64,000 nt of DNA from the human T2T-CHM13v2.0 reference genome, Homo sapiens: the NCBI RefSeq assembly GCF_009914755.1, contig NC_060928.1; one strand, written 5' to 3'. Shown here piece by piece: positions 27,318 to 43,365 of the stretch. Within the stretch, counting starts at the first letter, position 1. The number at the start of each line of letters is the position of its first letter. Under the pieces are notes generated by a model. That model saw only the letters and a program-made list of their open reading frames with translations. It was not told where the DNA came from and searched no databases. A program made the translations under genes and the position numbers.

Positions 27318-27590
27318 TGTATTTGTTAGGACTTTTATGATGCTAGTGACAGAAATTCAGAGCTAACTACCTTAAGCAAAACCTGAAATTTAATGAAAGG
27401 GTCCTGGGGTAGTTTAAGGAATACAGGCAAGGCAGAGATCAAAAGAGCAATGGAAAAGTCCAGCAGGTGTCAGGAACAAATGCAAGTGGGAAAGGTCCGT
27501 TCTTGGAGTGGCCCTGGTTTCTGACTTCTGCCTTGTTCTAAGTGCTGCTGTTTCTCTCTCTTGCCCCATGCTGCTTACCTTTCTCCCAGT
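27318..27590 (-). mobile_element. Old MLT1 (J/K/L-type) LTR fragment, followed by a MIR 3' fragment to about 27700
   Basis: gttaggact...gctagtgacagaaattc...cttaagcaaaa. Confidence 0.45.
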
Positions 27591-28295
27591 CCAAAGCTAG
27601 ATAATAGAGGATTAAATGAGTTAGTGCACTAGAGCCATTAGAACAGTGTTGGTGCATGGCAAATGTCGAGCCATTGTAATGTGTTATTATTGGTTTTTTA
27701 CCATGAATTTTATTATTATTGCATCATGTGTATAATACTGTTGTAGGAGGGGAGAAGCTCCAGTGCTAAACAAGTTTGGAGAACGCTAGAAAGGCTAATC
27801 TCAGTTTGTCCCTAGAATTTCAATTTTCTCTTCTTTTCACTAAATTGTATTGCTTTGTCTTTTTCTTGCACATTCTCTAAGATCTCAAATTTTTATTCTG
27901 TATCACTGATTCTGCATTCCACTCTATCAATTGTACTATTTTTCATTTCAATGTAGAATTTGAATCTACAATGAACTCCATCTTTCTTTCTCCTGAAACT
28001 TTCTTTTCTCATGGTTTCCTCTTCCTTCTCTTGTTTGGAAGAGGAGGTTGTCCCACCAGTTTATTCTTTCCTATGCCTCTTTGCTTTAGTTACGCAGAGA
28101 CTATACGGTATGTATCCTCCCAAGAATAGAAAACATTTCTCTAAACATTTTTCTGGTTATTATAATAAATATTTTTCAGAGATTTTTCTTCCTGTGAGCT
28201 CTTTACCTAAATATTTTTTTCTAAATTCTGTTGTTTTATGATTTTGTGTTGATTCTCTTCTCATCTAATGACCTTTCCAAAACAGATAAGAGATT

Positions 28296-28737
28296 CTGGC
28301 AGCCCCTACCCATATTTCTTCTCCACTCACCTCTCTGGGCAGGGTAGTAACTTCATACTGCAAGCACCTGGGATTCTACCCATAAAGCCTTTCTTTGGCA
28401 CACTTGGGGACAGGGCAAAAGTGCTGAGGAGTTGGCATTCCTAACAGTAGTCCTCATGGGAATAGCTCAATGATGGAATGAAAGCTTCCCAGTTTCTTAG
28501 TCTCTTGGTTGAGACAACTCCAAGACATGGCCTAAGCTCTCTCCCAGGAGTCTGCAGTGGGTCTAAGTGCCTGTTTCTCACAGCAAAACTTGCTTGGTAA
28601 TGCCCCTTCCTGACTACCTTCCCTTCCTTTTGTTATTTCCTCACTCGCTGATTGAAGCTTCCTGGGATCCCATCCCGTATAAACGCTTGCCCTCCAACCT
28701 TGTCTTGGGCTCTTGTAGGGGAACCCATACTAAGTTA
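28296..28737 (+). mobile_element. LTR16-family (ERVL) solo LTR
   Basis: cttcctgggatcccatcccgtataaacgcttgccctccaaccttgtc...ggggaacccatactaag 3' end. Confidence 0.65.
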
Positions 28738-28743
28738 AGTCAT

Positions 28744-29446
<703 letters not shown>

Positions 29447-29699
29447 GTCATCTATCAAAAAATCAGGTGAATTATTTCCTCTTGGGATTAAATCACATTT
29501 TGGATTTAGAACTGTAAAGCAAAATGATGCACATGGTTCCTAATTTTAAATATTGTCATTTGGCTTTACATCATGAGGAACAGCATCTTATCTGTCCTCA
29601 AGAGATTCACAATCTAATATTTCTGAACATGTGGACCATAGACTAGCTACATCAAAATGACGTGAAAGATGAATTTGGGACCTTATACCACACCTATTT

Positions 29700-30800
<1,101 letters not shown>

Positions 30801-32699
30801 ATAGTTCTTAAAAAAGCTTTGTTAACTGGTGTGTATTCATTTTTGTTTATTATATAGTTTGTATTCTCATTGGCCTCATTGGTAGTAATAATTCTTTCAA
30901 GAGTCTAGCAATAAGTTGACTTTAGTTTTAAATTGTGGAGAAGTTGTAAGACTATCTGTTTTATCTCTCTGTTTAGAAATTTTTGCAGCAGGCTTGGAGT
31001 GGCTGCATAAGCCACTAGCCATGTGCCAATTAAAACTGGAACTGAGTCCTGTGTTTTCCAAATGAAGTTAACAAACTTGGCTCTTAAATTCATAAACTAT
31101 GTAATGACATTGGCTGTGTATCAGTTCTTGCTCCCAACTTGTGTTAAGTACTCCGGCACTGGTAATTTCCTGGTATATATATTGACCTTCGTTGAAAAAA
31201 TTCTACCTAACAAATGTGATGAGCTGCTACTTCCAGGCTATTATTTGCACATATTGGGGGATATTTTAAAGCACAGACTTCATGCCAAGTGGTTTTAATC
31301 ACCTGAAAAGCAAATTATCCTGGGGTAATTTATTAAGTTTTTTTTTTTTTAATGTGTTTTTGTTCTCTGGGATCCTTAAATAGAAAAGAAACTATCCGAG
31401 ACGGGCTTTTTTAGGCTGGAATACCATGGTGCGCATCTGCCTAATAAAGTTGTTGTTGAAGCCCTTCCTGTTGACTTTTAACCTCAGGGTCTGTGTAAAG
31501 CCCCTCATTCATTAAGCAGTTGATTCCATTAGCAGCAGGCTGTGTCTGGGATCCTGGGGACCCTGCACCTGGCCTGCTTTCTTTCTGACAAATCATCTAA
31601 TTTTATTGATAGCCACCTGGAAAATTGTATTTAGGACAGGGGGCCAGGACACACAGCTCAGAACCCACTCCTCCAAAATGGGCAATGAGAGACAACCCCC
31701 TAGAATAGGCATCTCTGCAGCCAGTCCACAGAAATAGGCATTTTTAAAAGATTGGCTCAATACTGCTTTGCCAAGTTCACTCTGCTATTTCTTTCTCTGA
31801 GGGGTATTTTAAATGAGGTAAGTTTCTCCTGCAGCTTGCATTTCAGAGGGGGCAAGGCCAGCTCCCAGCCTGCCATCAAAAGTCTTCAATGGCCCTTTTA
31901 CCAGAGTGCCTTGTCAACTCCTATATGACTGTGTCCCCCAGGCCTCACAAGATGCTTGTGGGGTGGTGCCTGGCAGTTCGGGAATAGCAATGCTTCTGAC
32001 CCCTGGCAAGCCTTCTTTCTGGCTGCCACATTAGATCAAAAATTGTGTGAGATTATCCCTTCAGGAGGCAGTTCTCCTTTTTCAGTTGTTAGCAGGTGTT
32101 GCTGAACAGATTCACACTCTCTGGGGAGATGGGAAGCACATCAGTGTCAGGGGGAGAGATTTGCTCCAGGTTAATGGTGATGATGCCACACCTACACACA
32201 CTTCGTGTAGTTCCCAGAATTTCATCCGGAGCTCTGAAGCAGTAAAGGCAAAATTGGTGAAAAGTGTTTTCTTCTGGGGCAGAGAGAACAGAAACCTTCT
32301 AATTACTACAGAGAAAGGAAGAATCTTTGTCAATTATGTTTCCAGAGATGATGAAAAGCTTGAGGGCACTCTCCAAAGTAGAGTCAGAAAACTTATTGTG
32401 AACAGAAAACAAAACAAAACAAAACCCCAGAAGATTGCACATGGTTTTAGAAATGAACTCATGTTTGCCCCTGTTTCTTCAGATTTGAAAAGGATGGAGC
32501 TTGAGGTTTCTGTGGCTTTTCTAGCAGCTTAGGTCTTATGAGTTCACGTTCTTAGCAGTCCTTCTAAAGTGGGGATTGACATAGTGAAAGATTGCAATGT
32601 TTAAATAGTATCAAGAAATAATAGCTTTTGCATAGATTATGTAGACTTGTTGCTTTCAAGAGAAAGAAATTATCCAAACTAGACCAACTAAAGTATTGC

Positions 32700-33430
32700 A
32701 AAGCACAGCTCCTTGGAACCCTGGAGTAGGGGAAATGACAGTTCATTTGGATTGGGTGACCCAGGCTTAGACTCCTTTCATATTTCCTATTGACTGTGAG
32801 ATTTTGAACCACTTAGCCATTTAAAGCTATAGTTACCACTATCTCAGTTTGAGAAAAATGTGACTATATTACAGGGTTGTTGATAGAAGTCAAAACAAAA
32901 CTATAAAACATGGAAGTCACCTTCTCATTTTCCATAGAATAAAATCTAAATTTCTTGCCAGGACTTATGGGAGCCTGCATGCCCTATCCCCTGCTTCCAT
33001 CTCTAGCTCATCCACTGCTCAGCTCCCCACTCTCCTTGTCTCGGCTGTTTCCCACTGTATTCTCCCAATCTCAGCACAAATCTCTCTTCTTAGAGATGTC
33101 TTCCTTTACCATATAGCGCTAAGTAATATAGCGTCCTCCAGCTCTACCCCATGTATTCATTCATTTGACAATATTTATTGAGCATCTACTATGGGCCTGG
33201 CATTGTTCTAATAGCTAAGAATATAATACTGAACAATCTCCAGTAGATCCTTGCTTTCATGAAACTCCAATTCTTATGGGATAAACAGATTATAAACAAG
33301 CAAACAAAATGATTTTAGAGAGTAACAAGATCTATAAAGAAAAAAACATGAGGGTGGATGGGGCTAGCATATTTTGCGGTGTCAAGGTCACCAGTGAGGA
33401 GGTGGCTTTGAACTGAGACCTCTGCTTAAG
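32700..33430. mobile_element. MIR and L2 fragments (L2 + about 32920-33130; L2 3' end - about 33150-33430)
   Basis: catagaataaaatctaaatttctt; attcattcatttgacaatatttattgagcatctactatg. Confidence 0.65.
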
Positions 33431-35359
33431 CCAGAATCTTGAAACAAAAAGGAGATAAGTTCTTTTTAAAAGAAGAATTTCCTATCCCACTCCGTGTTAA
33501 AGGAGCAGGTTTTGTGACAAGAATAAACCTGGATAAAAATGTACTTCTGCAAGATAAACTTGAGTTGCCATATCACTCTTTCCCACCAAGTTCTCTGACT
33601 TTAGGAGGACAATAAAATTTTCCTTGGAATCTATTGTAACTGCTGGGAGAAAGTACCTACAATAGAGTCCAAATTTATAAGGTTTTACAATGCAACACTT
33701 CAAAAGGGAAACTTTTGAAAATCCTGAGTTGGATGTGTGGCTGATGTTTTATTTCACCACGGATAAAGTTGCATTTTTTTATTCCTCCTCTTCCCTCGGT
33801 CATCCATGTTTCCAAAACAACCATTATGTGACTGGCTGCAGGGCTCTTCTCACTGGTTGTACGGATAGGCTGTCCATGAAGTCCACAGCTGGCACCATGG
33901 CTCATTAGGCATTTATCCAAGGCAGTCATCTCAATTCTGACTGTTTTCAGACCATGGGTCTTTCCACTGTGGCTATTTCTTCCTCTCTCCTCTGATGTTT
34001 CACTCTCTCATTGCTTTAACATGTCTTTGGGGAGTTTCTTCTCAGTGTATCTGGGAGAATGTTTTTCTTGAATCCTTACTTAAAGAGAATTATGAACCAC
34101 TGGGAAAAAGCTCTTCTGTTGATTAGGCTTTTTTTCTCCATTTGGGGGAAATCAAATGACTAAAATATAAATTTGGTTTGAACAGTTCTTAAATATCTTT
34201 TTTTTCAACATTGACAGGAATTTTGCTTCTGCATTTTGATTTTGCACATGTAAAAAGTCAACCAGAAAGACTCTTAACAACTAAAAGTAGAAATTACAAA
34301 AAGCACTCTAAATACAAACCAGCAAAAATGATGATGATAAAATGTCTTTTGCACGTCTGATCTGTAAACACATCTAATGGCTCACTCAGAGAATGATGAT
34401 AGTATTATTGCAAGTAACATATTCTTGGAAAGTGAGTCCCAATTCAATTTTTAACTGTCCCAAAGAATTTGGAAAGGTTGTCAAATATGGTTTTTAAAAA
34501 TGCAACACTCTCATAGACCTGCATTACAATTTGGAGAAAACAGAGAAAGACAGGGTAAGGTATTCATACTTTTACTAATGGATGAGGCATGTATCAAGTC
34601 AAAGAAATGATCACATATTTCACACAAGGTATAACATGAGCTGCTCCAGAATAGTGGTAGGTTTCAAGATGATTCTGCCTAGTATCCTGTTGTTCAGGAT
34701 CAAGAGAGTTCAGCAGCAAATTTTTCTAGATACCTTCATCTTCTGAGTGGTCCGTTAGATGGCCAGCTTTCCATCTTGAGTTAGTTTAGCTAGAGCCTCA
34801 AAGACACATCACTTCAAATGAGACAGTCACATCAGATGAACTGCTGGGATGAGACCATCCTGATTGAAGGCAACTGAAAGAACAGCTAGATAATGACTCA
34901 GAATGCACAAAGTTCCTTTGAACTTTGGTCTGATTCTTTCGGCAAGAAAGCTCACTGTTTTTCAATGCCATCTTTTCCTGCCTTAGTGGCTTCTTTTCTC
35001 CACCCCTCTCCATTCTACATCATCATCATAACTAGACATTGAGAGGTAAGGGAAATTAGCGCTACCAGAATACAAGGAAATCTGTCTCCCTTATAAGGAT
35101 GTCAACTGCACTTCATAGTGGCATGTCTGGTCTTTGTTTCTGATTCTAAATTGGAACACTAACATTTAGCTGTTTAGGGTGAGGGGAGCTGAGCAGGAAG
35201 AGGACTTCAGTTATAAATCAAGGAATTCAGTGAGAACCTAAATGCAAAACAACAATACACATTCTGCTAGTTCAAAAACTGGTACTACTGCATAAAGAAG
35301 TTAGTAACATGATTATACTTAAGAGTGGAAACACATTTTTCTCATCGCTATGAGCATAT

Positions 35360-35882
35360 CACTTTGTAATGTGATGCTGCTGCTTCTCCCTTTAAAAGGT
35401 GAAGTTGATTTCTTTAGTCCTTGAATTTGAGATTGTTCATGCAACTTGCTTTTAGCAAATGTGATGGAAGCAGAGGTGTACTGTGGCTTTTTCTCTCTCT
35501 AGCTGACACAGAACAGAGACAAATTATCCTATCTGAGACTTCCTAGACCAGAGATTAGCAAACTTTTTCTGTAAAGGGTGAGATGATAAATATTTTAGTC
35601 TTTGCAGGACATATGATCTTTGTCATAACTACTCTGTTCAACAAATGAGCATGATTGTGTTCCAACATTAAAAAAATAAATAAAAACATGTATGGTCCAT
35701 GAGCTGTAGCCTACAAATTCCTGCTCCACACCAGTCCACCTGCCAAACACCAGCCAAACCTCCAGATGAATGCAGATGTCAATAGGCAAAGATAAGATCT
35801 GGCACAGACTGGAAGAACCACCCAAATGATACCTGACTCATAACTTTGGGTGGTTTATTACTCGGAGAAAACAAATGATAGA
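35360..35882 (+). mobile_element. MLT1G/H-type LTR split by MER58A
   Basis: ccttgaatttgag...acttgcttttagcaaat...gaagcagaggtg; 3' tttgggtggtttattac...tgataga. Confidence 0.55.
35549..35723 (+). mobile_element. MER58A (hAT-Charlie)
   Basis: cagagattagcaaactttttctgtaaaggg...aaatattttagtctttgcagg. Confidence 0.8.
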
Positions 35883-37249
35883 TATCTTCTCTTAGAACTC
35901 ATATGTTCATTTGTTTATAAACTCAAGTACCAAGTAAAATGAATCCTTTTTGATGCATCAAAGGATATTGGTTCATGAAACTACAGAGTACAAGTCAAAG
36001 ACAAAAAGAGAAAGAAATAAGCCTCTCCAGAATGGCTGCAGCCCAATTTCTGTTTTTCTAAGAACTTAACAGTCACCAAGCCACAAATTCAAATGGAGAG
36101 AAGACTTGAAATATGGGTGTATATAAAACATTTTCATGAACCCCATGGTGGCAGCATCTTGGGTTTTGATAAGTTTAAAATAATTACAAATAAAAGGCCC
36201 ATTGTTTATGATATTTTCACAAAGTATAGGGTCCCCAGTGATACCAGGTAAAAACTAATATTGTGTGAGAAAATGGGCAGAGACGGCTTTGGAATCCATA
36301 GCCATGTGCTTGCATAATAAAATAAAAGTGGGAATTCGATTCATTTGACTCAAATTATTTAGCCACACTTCTGATGGTAATATTGCTATTTGGTATGTCA
36401 TTTCTCTTCCTTGAAATTCTTAACTGTCACTTTAAAAACCTGACTGTTTATTATTACATGTCATTCTTCAAGTCCAGAACTATCACCAAAGGAGACATAT
36501 AAGACATTCTTTTAATGCCAGGATTTACTATAAATCACAATTTCTTCTTCTTTCTGGAAAAAGAAAGGGGTAGAAGACAAAGATGACAGGGGGCACCTGT
36601 TCTTAGTTACATATGATTTGAGACTCAAGTTAATAGCATGAAATATATTCATACAGTGAACTTCTGCAAATGTGAAATTTCTGTGCTTCAAATCGAAATT
36701 CATTATCAATGGAAAGGTTTAAAACCAGAGAAAATGACTGGGGAAAACTGCTTGAAAATATAAAAGGCTTCAAAAGCAAGAGAAATACAAGATTAAACTA
36801 AAAAGAATGACCTGGTATTTAGTTGGTTCAGTAAGATTTTATATGCATAGAATCTTCATAATTATGAATGTACAAAGGAAATTGTGATAGGAAAATGTAA
36901 AGGCTGAAATTATATACATATTCAAACAAAATAATGATAGTATTTATGAGAGACATAAACTATGTAGGTTCAAATTTATGTTGGAACTAGGCATAGGACT
37001 TCCCCAACTGTCACCATATATATAAAATTTTTAAACTCTTGTTCAAATTCACGTCACTGCAATTCTGACATGAAAACTTGTACCAAAAACAAACAAAAAT
37101 CTTCCTTTGAAGTAATTTGCAAATGATCTAATTAAATAAATGAAGTAAAGTTGAAATGGAGCAATTTTCTTACTTTTAAGTTTATTCACACAGTAATGAG
37201 AGTCAGGTTAACACCTGCCAACCCTGCCGCCTTTCAGGTGCAGACATTT

Positions 37250-37650
37250 ATCAAATTTGACTTGAGAAATCAAGGAAGGCCATTTGCTTGAGGAACTGGT
37301 TTCCTGAAGAAACAGAAGAGTTAATTACTAGAGGCGGTGGTGGGGGGAAGAGCATCTCAGGCTCAGGAAACAGCATGTGCAAAAGCCAGTCTTGTGATAA
37401 GAGGGAGAATTGTGCACGTGATGAATTAAAAGGAGTGTGCCGCCATTCAGTCGTTCACTAAGATCATAGAGTCGTAGGCTGGAACGGGCCCTTGGGATGC
37501 CCTAGTTCAATCTATTCATTTTACAGGTGAGGAAACAGACTCAGAGGGGTTAAGTGACTTGGCCAAGGTGACACTGCTAATGAGTGGTGGAGCTGGGATC
37601 AGAGCCCAGGGCTTCTAATTGCCCTTTTAATGCTTTTCCACCACACCATG
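37250..37650 (-). mobile_element. L2 fragment followed by a well-preserved MIR (37460-37650)
   Basis: aaacagcatgtgcaaaagcc; cattttacaggtgaggaaacagactcagaggggttaagtgacttggccaaggtgacac. Confidence 0.8.
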
Positions 37651-40004
37651 CTGATTCTTTGTATCGGCGCTAATGAGTAGATCAAGATGCTGCAAAATTA
37701 GCATAATAATTATTTGTATATAAATACTGCATTTAAAATACTGCTGTATAACATAGCTTATCCTTCATGACCCACACCTACAAGCTGTCAAGGTATGACT
37801 CAGAAATAAATAATTAACAATTGGCTTTTCATCATTAAATGGTGCAGATCAACACCCAAGCTTGAGACTTCTATGTATTAACACAAACCCTATATTAGTG
37901 CATTCTAGATTAATGACATTTTATATATTGATTTATTTCTTTATTTAATAACCATAGTGCTGTTTTCTAAGCATTGTACTGGGACTAAAATGGTCTCATT
38001 TCAGGAAAACAAGATCCAGTTGCTTCTTTCAAGTTTATAATTCAGTAATTCTACTTATGCTTTACTCCTTTTCTCTTTGCATCTGAAAGCTGATATAAGT
38101 CTTTTGAGGTACAGCCTGGCACAAAAAGGATGAGATTTGTGGGCAGAATTTTGGAAGAATATCTCCCGAGAGAACATTCAGGACAGGTAACTTCTTAGAT
38201 GAGAATGTTTTAGGGGTGGAGGGGATGAGGGTGGGTGGATGGGAGGAGATTGCAGTTGTTACTTAATTAGACCTCGGTTAGGTCTTCCAATTGAAATTAC
38301 CTGGTGTTCTCTTATGACAGATTGCACTGCTTTGGAGAGCTGGTGATGAAATCCGGCCATTGAATTACACTGCACTATAAACTTCATTTGTTCTTGGGTG
38401 CATAGTGATTTGCTATAATAATGATCATCCATTTGCCAGACAGCTGAGATTTTTTAAAAGCTTGATTGCTTTTGGCATGGCATTATTAGTCCTGGAAGAA
38501 GGCAGCACATTTGTAGCAATTCTCAGCTTGAGCAAACTAGAATATTCACCTCCCACAAATGCTGGCCATTTAAGATCTGTGTGTTAGACTTTGGCATTTT
38601 TTCTAGCAATTCTACAACAGCATACACACTTTTATTTTTCATTAACACCATTGTGAATATGCCCATCTCTAAAATTTCAAGGGGGTTCACTTAAGCTACT
38701 GAGTTTTATGGACAGAAGGGCCAAGAAAAGTCCCCAAAGAAGAGTGCATGCTGTCAATTGCCAATTATTTTTTTTTCTAATGAAAGCCAAACAATTCCAG
38801 ACAAACCCTTTTCTAAGAAATGAACTACATATCTGGATCCAAATAAATACTCATCTGATAAGAATCTAAAAGCTCTACTGAATTACAGTGGATGAGAACA
38901 TGATGATGGTGATTCTTTGAAGATTACTGAGGAAATCAACTCTCATGTCTGATTCTGATACTTTTATAGTCCATCCATGTTGAAAATGTCTATGGAATGA
39001 TTCTGTTGTACCTTGAGAAATGAAATTCATAGGCATGGATTCTCTCACACAGCAACTTTATACACAAAGATGAGAATAGAAGAAAGGTCATTTCCAAAGA
39101 AAGTGACATTTATTCTGTATTCACTGAAAAGCCAAAAGAATTTTCTCATTCACCCATACCGACAGAGCCCTACATCTCCCCGAGAAGAGGTGAAAGAGAC
39201 TGCTCCTATCTGCTTCTGCATCAAACTTCAGGCTCAAGACCTGTCCAGAAAAAAAAATGTCTTCTTTCAGGGATGAACTGCTGTCCTCATCAGACGCCTT
39301 ATTTTGTTTAGAATTCAAGCTCACTTGACAGGTATTCTATACTTTTTTCAATACAACTAAGCTAATGCCCACCTCCTTTCTGAATTGATTTCATCCCAGT
39401 ATTACCCTTCATAGCTTTCTCTTATAGAGTAAGACAATAGCTGAACAGATTTACATATACATGTGTAAGTATCTAGATTGTATACAGGTGTGTGTCTAAT
39501 ATATGATACATGGAATATAGGTACACATATGTATGTGTGTATGTGTTTATGTATGTATATCACGAAAAGTTACAATAGTTTCAAAAGGAACATAGGCAGG
39601 CATCAATTACTGAGGTTATTGGAGGCCACAACCAAAGTCAAATCAACGTATCCTTCCCAAACCTCATATTAGCCAACAACACCATAATATCTTTTCCCAA
39701 AGTCCTTGCTAACCAGACTGCCAGAACGGAGTTTGAAATAGCAAATGTGGCAGAGAAATCAAGCAGTTTTTAAGCAGTGGCTTTACATAAATTTGAATCA
39801 CAGTTCCATCCATTCCCAGGGTCCTACTGAGGGCAAGGAGTGCAGGTGCTGTAGCAGAGAAAGGGAGAATACTGGTAGGATGGAAAGGTTTTCTGGCTTT
39901 CTTGCTTGCCTTAAGTCAGAGCTTTGTGGCCTCCATCACACATAATGAATAATTAAGAGTTTATTGTCTTTTGCTCAGTTGAAACTGATTGTGTTGGAAG
40001 ATTG

Positions 40005-40230
40005 CATTGCAGAATGGTTAATGACACAGATTTTGAAGATAAATCATGGCTATGCCACCTACTAGTTTTGGAATCTTGAGTAAAGTCCTTAGCCTGTTCG
40101 TGCTTCTGAATCTTCACATGCAAAATAAATTTCATTTATTTTAGGTTATTGTGAAGATTAAATGAATTAATACATGTGAAGCAACTGTAACAACTCTTGA
40201 CATGCGGTAAGCACTGTAAATTGTGAACCA
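40005..40230 (+). mobile_element. MIR SINE
   Basis: tatgccacctactag...ttgagtaaagtccttagcc...ggttattgtgaagattaaatgaattaatacatgtgaagca. Confidence 0.75.
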
Positions 40231-41384
40231 TTTAGGAATGCCCCATTGGAGATAATTTAGGTCACTCAGAAATTGTAAATTTTGAAAGGTGAAAGACCGT
40301 GTTGTTCAAGTTAGGGCTGAACTGGAACTGTAAATCTGATGGTTGAATAATAAACAGAGTAATTATTGAAGAATTAACAGCAACTCTTATGGTATTACAT
40401 TTAAGACTTGAACCTTACTCAAACTACTTTTAAAGACTTTAATGTTTAAGGGCTATAAATGTCAGAGCTCACTAATTTCTTTGGCTTTCAATAAATGCCA
40501 GTGACTTTGAGAATTGCTATCTCTTTAGCTTATCTGGCAAGAAGAGCACAAGCTTAAAGGGTACGCAAGAGGGCCCTGATGACCCACTCTCTTCCCAGTG
40601 GAAAATGCAGGCTTTTGAAGTTAATCAGCCTCTGGGGCCCAAGTCCTTCTAGGGAACTTTTGTGTAGAGTCACTTGAGCTAGGTGCTGAATGAGGTTCCT
40701 AAGGTCAGATAAGACACAGCCCCTCTGTTAAAGAATGCCTACTCACTAAGGGAAATATGTTAACAAAGACATATAAATTACTCTAGAATCCTTGAGAATA
40801 AGATAATTTTATCTAATAAAATGTTTCAAATAACCAAAGCTTTTCCTATTTGGGTCTGCAAAAAAGCGACTTAAATATTTCAAATGGAAATCTTTTAAAT
40901 AGAACTTGAACACACTTGACCAGAGACTCTGGAGAAGAATTTTGCCTTTACTTAATAATGCAAGATCATCATTATGGACATCAATTATTGAACTGTGCTA
41001 TAGTATAGGGGGCTACTGAGGTATGAAGGACTGTTTGCCCCTGTCCTAAATAACCCCAGATGAACATCCTTTTTACAGCTCTTCTGTTTCTTTCTTTTTT
41101 AGATAGGCAGTTAGCTTTCTTTAAATAACACAGCCTTTTCTCTTCTCTTAGTGGGCTGGACTTCCAGAAGAAACGTTGTCAGAACTCTGCCCAACTGAAA
41201 ACAAGCCTACTAAAAATAAATAAATAAATAAAATTTTAAAAAATTGATTAATTAAAAGTATTTTCTTGAGCACCTCCCATGTATTAACAATCTCTGCATT
41301 CACCATTACCACCTAGTACTCTAACAATTTTTGCAACATAAAGGAAGTGACTGGGCTCAAAGTCTTTCCTTATGTGACCTAGAT

Positions 41385-41565
41385 CAGTGCTTCTCTAAGT
41401 GTTGTATACCTAAGAAGCACAAGAAGAGCCTGGTGAAACAATTTCCTGGGACTCATCTCCAGAGACTGATTCAGTAGGTTTGAGGTAGAGCCCACACATT
41501 TCCATTTCTAACAAGCTCCCAGGTGACGCTAATGGTGGTGCTCACTGAATAAAGTTTCCTGGATG
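41385..41565. mobile_element. MER5A/B (hAT-Charlie)
   Basis: cagtgcttctc...ctgattcagtaggtttgagg...catttctaacaagctcccaggtgacgct. Confidence 0.75.
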
Positions 41566-41809
41566 ATATATTAAGTGATAGATGGAATGCCATCCAATGA
41601 CTAATGTCAGAGTGCACTATTTTTGTGAAATCACACTGTTTTGAATATGTTGACATAAATTTTTTCTAGTCAGACATACATTTTCTCATTTAGGAGTCTG
41701 AATTATTATGCTCTTAGTAGCTACATTTTGTGGATAAGTCGGTAGCTCCAGACTCAGCGATGTTGCTTACATAACTGGTTCCTAAGCTGTCTATGCATAT
41801 ATAGGTATT

Positions 41810-42340
41810 TATTTCATTTTGGTAAATGTTGGTCAGGTATTGTTATAAGTGCTGTTGATGAATACATCAGGAAACAAGATGTGCAAATTCTTCTTCCTGG
41901 TGGAGCTTGCGTTATGTAAGAGGGAGTCAGATAAAACAACTGAAGTAAATAACAAAACATGATAATTTCAGAAAATGATAAGGGATGTGACGAACTTAAA
42001 AAAGACTGGCAGGATAGAGAATGATGACATGAAGAAGGCACTCTGGATTGGGTGGACAGGAGAGACCTCTTGGATGGGGTGGTATTTGAGCTGGTACCTT
42101 AGTGTCGTGAAGGAACCAGGTCATTGAAAACTCGGCAAGTGAATCCCTTCTGATACAATGAAAAGCTCCTGAGCTGGGGAATTAGTTTATTTAGAGGGAG
42201 AAAAAAGCCCATTGAGTTTGTGGTCTGCCTTGGTCACCAGGGAACAGTGTAGGACACCTGGACAGAGTCAGAAAGATGACATAACATAGTTGAAAAACTC
42301 TTATTTCATCCCATTGCTGCATGGTGGCAAGGAAGAAAAA
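41810..42340 (-). mobile_element. L2 fragment
   Basis: tggagcttgcg...ggtatttgagctg...gaaggaaccag antisense L2 3' region. Confidence 0.65.
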
Positions 42341-42352
42341 TAAAACCTTGAA

Positions 42353-42644
<292 letters not shown>

Positions 42645-42979
42645 AAAAATAAAACCATGAATGTGAGAGGAGTATCCAAGAAATTGAGAGAAGGACTTTG
42701 AGAAGGGCTGAGTAATAAGTGAGGATCTAAAGAGAGACAAGGGTGTCCTTTGATGGTGTGGGTGTGAAGGAGATGGCTTGAAAAGACTTTTGAGGAAAAC
42801 AAGCTTCTATGGTGGCCTGAGCCATACACGGAAAGAATTAGTTATATTAGATAGTAAAGTCTGTTTATGATCAGCACTTATTAATACTTAGAGGCCTGGC
42901 AATAGGTAAGGGCGGTAAGATGGCCTGGAATTTAGTTTAAATTTAGTTTAAATATGCATACATATTTAAACAGTGATTA

Positions 42980-43365
42980 ACTATAGCCATGAATTAAAAT
43001 CACCTGATGCTGAAAACGACCGCTGCCTGAACCGCATTCCAGATGAATTAAATTGGTATCTGTGGATAGTTGGGCCTAGGGTGATATGCGTAGTTCTGAT
43101 GCGCACAATACTCCCAGCTGAGAATCATTACCCTAGAGCAGGTGTTAGCAACATTGACTGCACATTAGAATCACTTGGTTAAGCATCAAAAAATAACCCA
43201 TGCCCAGGCCTCAACTTTGATCAGTTAAATCAGAATCTCTGGGGGAAGGGGACCTGAACCTTGGTATTTAAAAAACAAACAAACAAAAACACCGCCCCCC
43301 CCACCCCACCCTTGCCAGAGTTTCTCAGGTGATTCTAATGTGCTGCTAGGGAGAAACCCTGCCTG
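42980..43365. mobile_element. Two adjacent MER5-type fragments
   Basis: ctgcacattagaatcacttgg...taaatcagaatctctgggg...caggtgattctaatgtgc. Confidence 0.7.

Noticed and set aside
32047-32532. 161 aa ORF in unique sequence
   Set aside because: GTG start, no recognisable domain, runs through an (AAAAC)n stretch; consistent with chance
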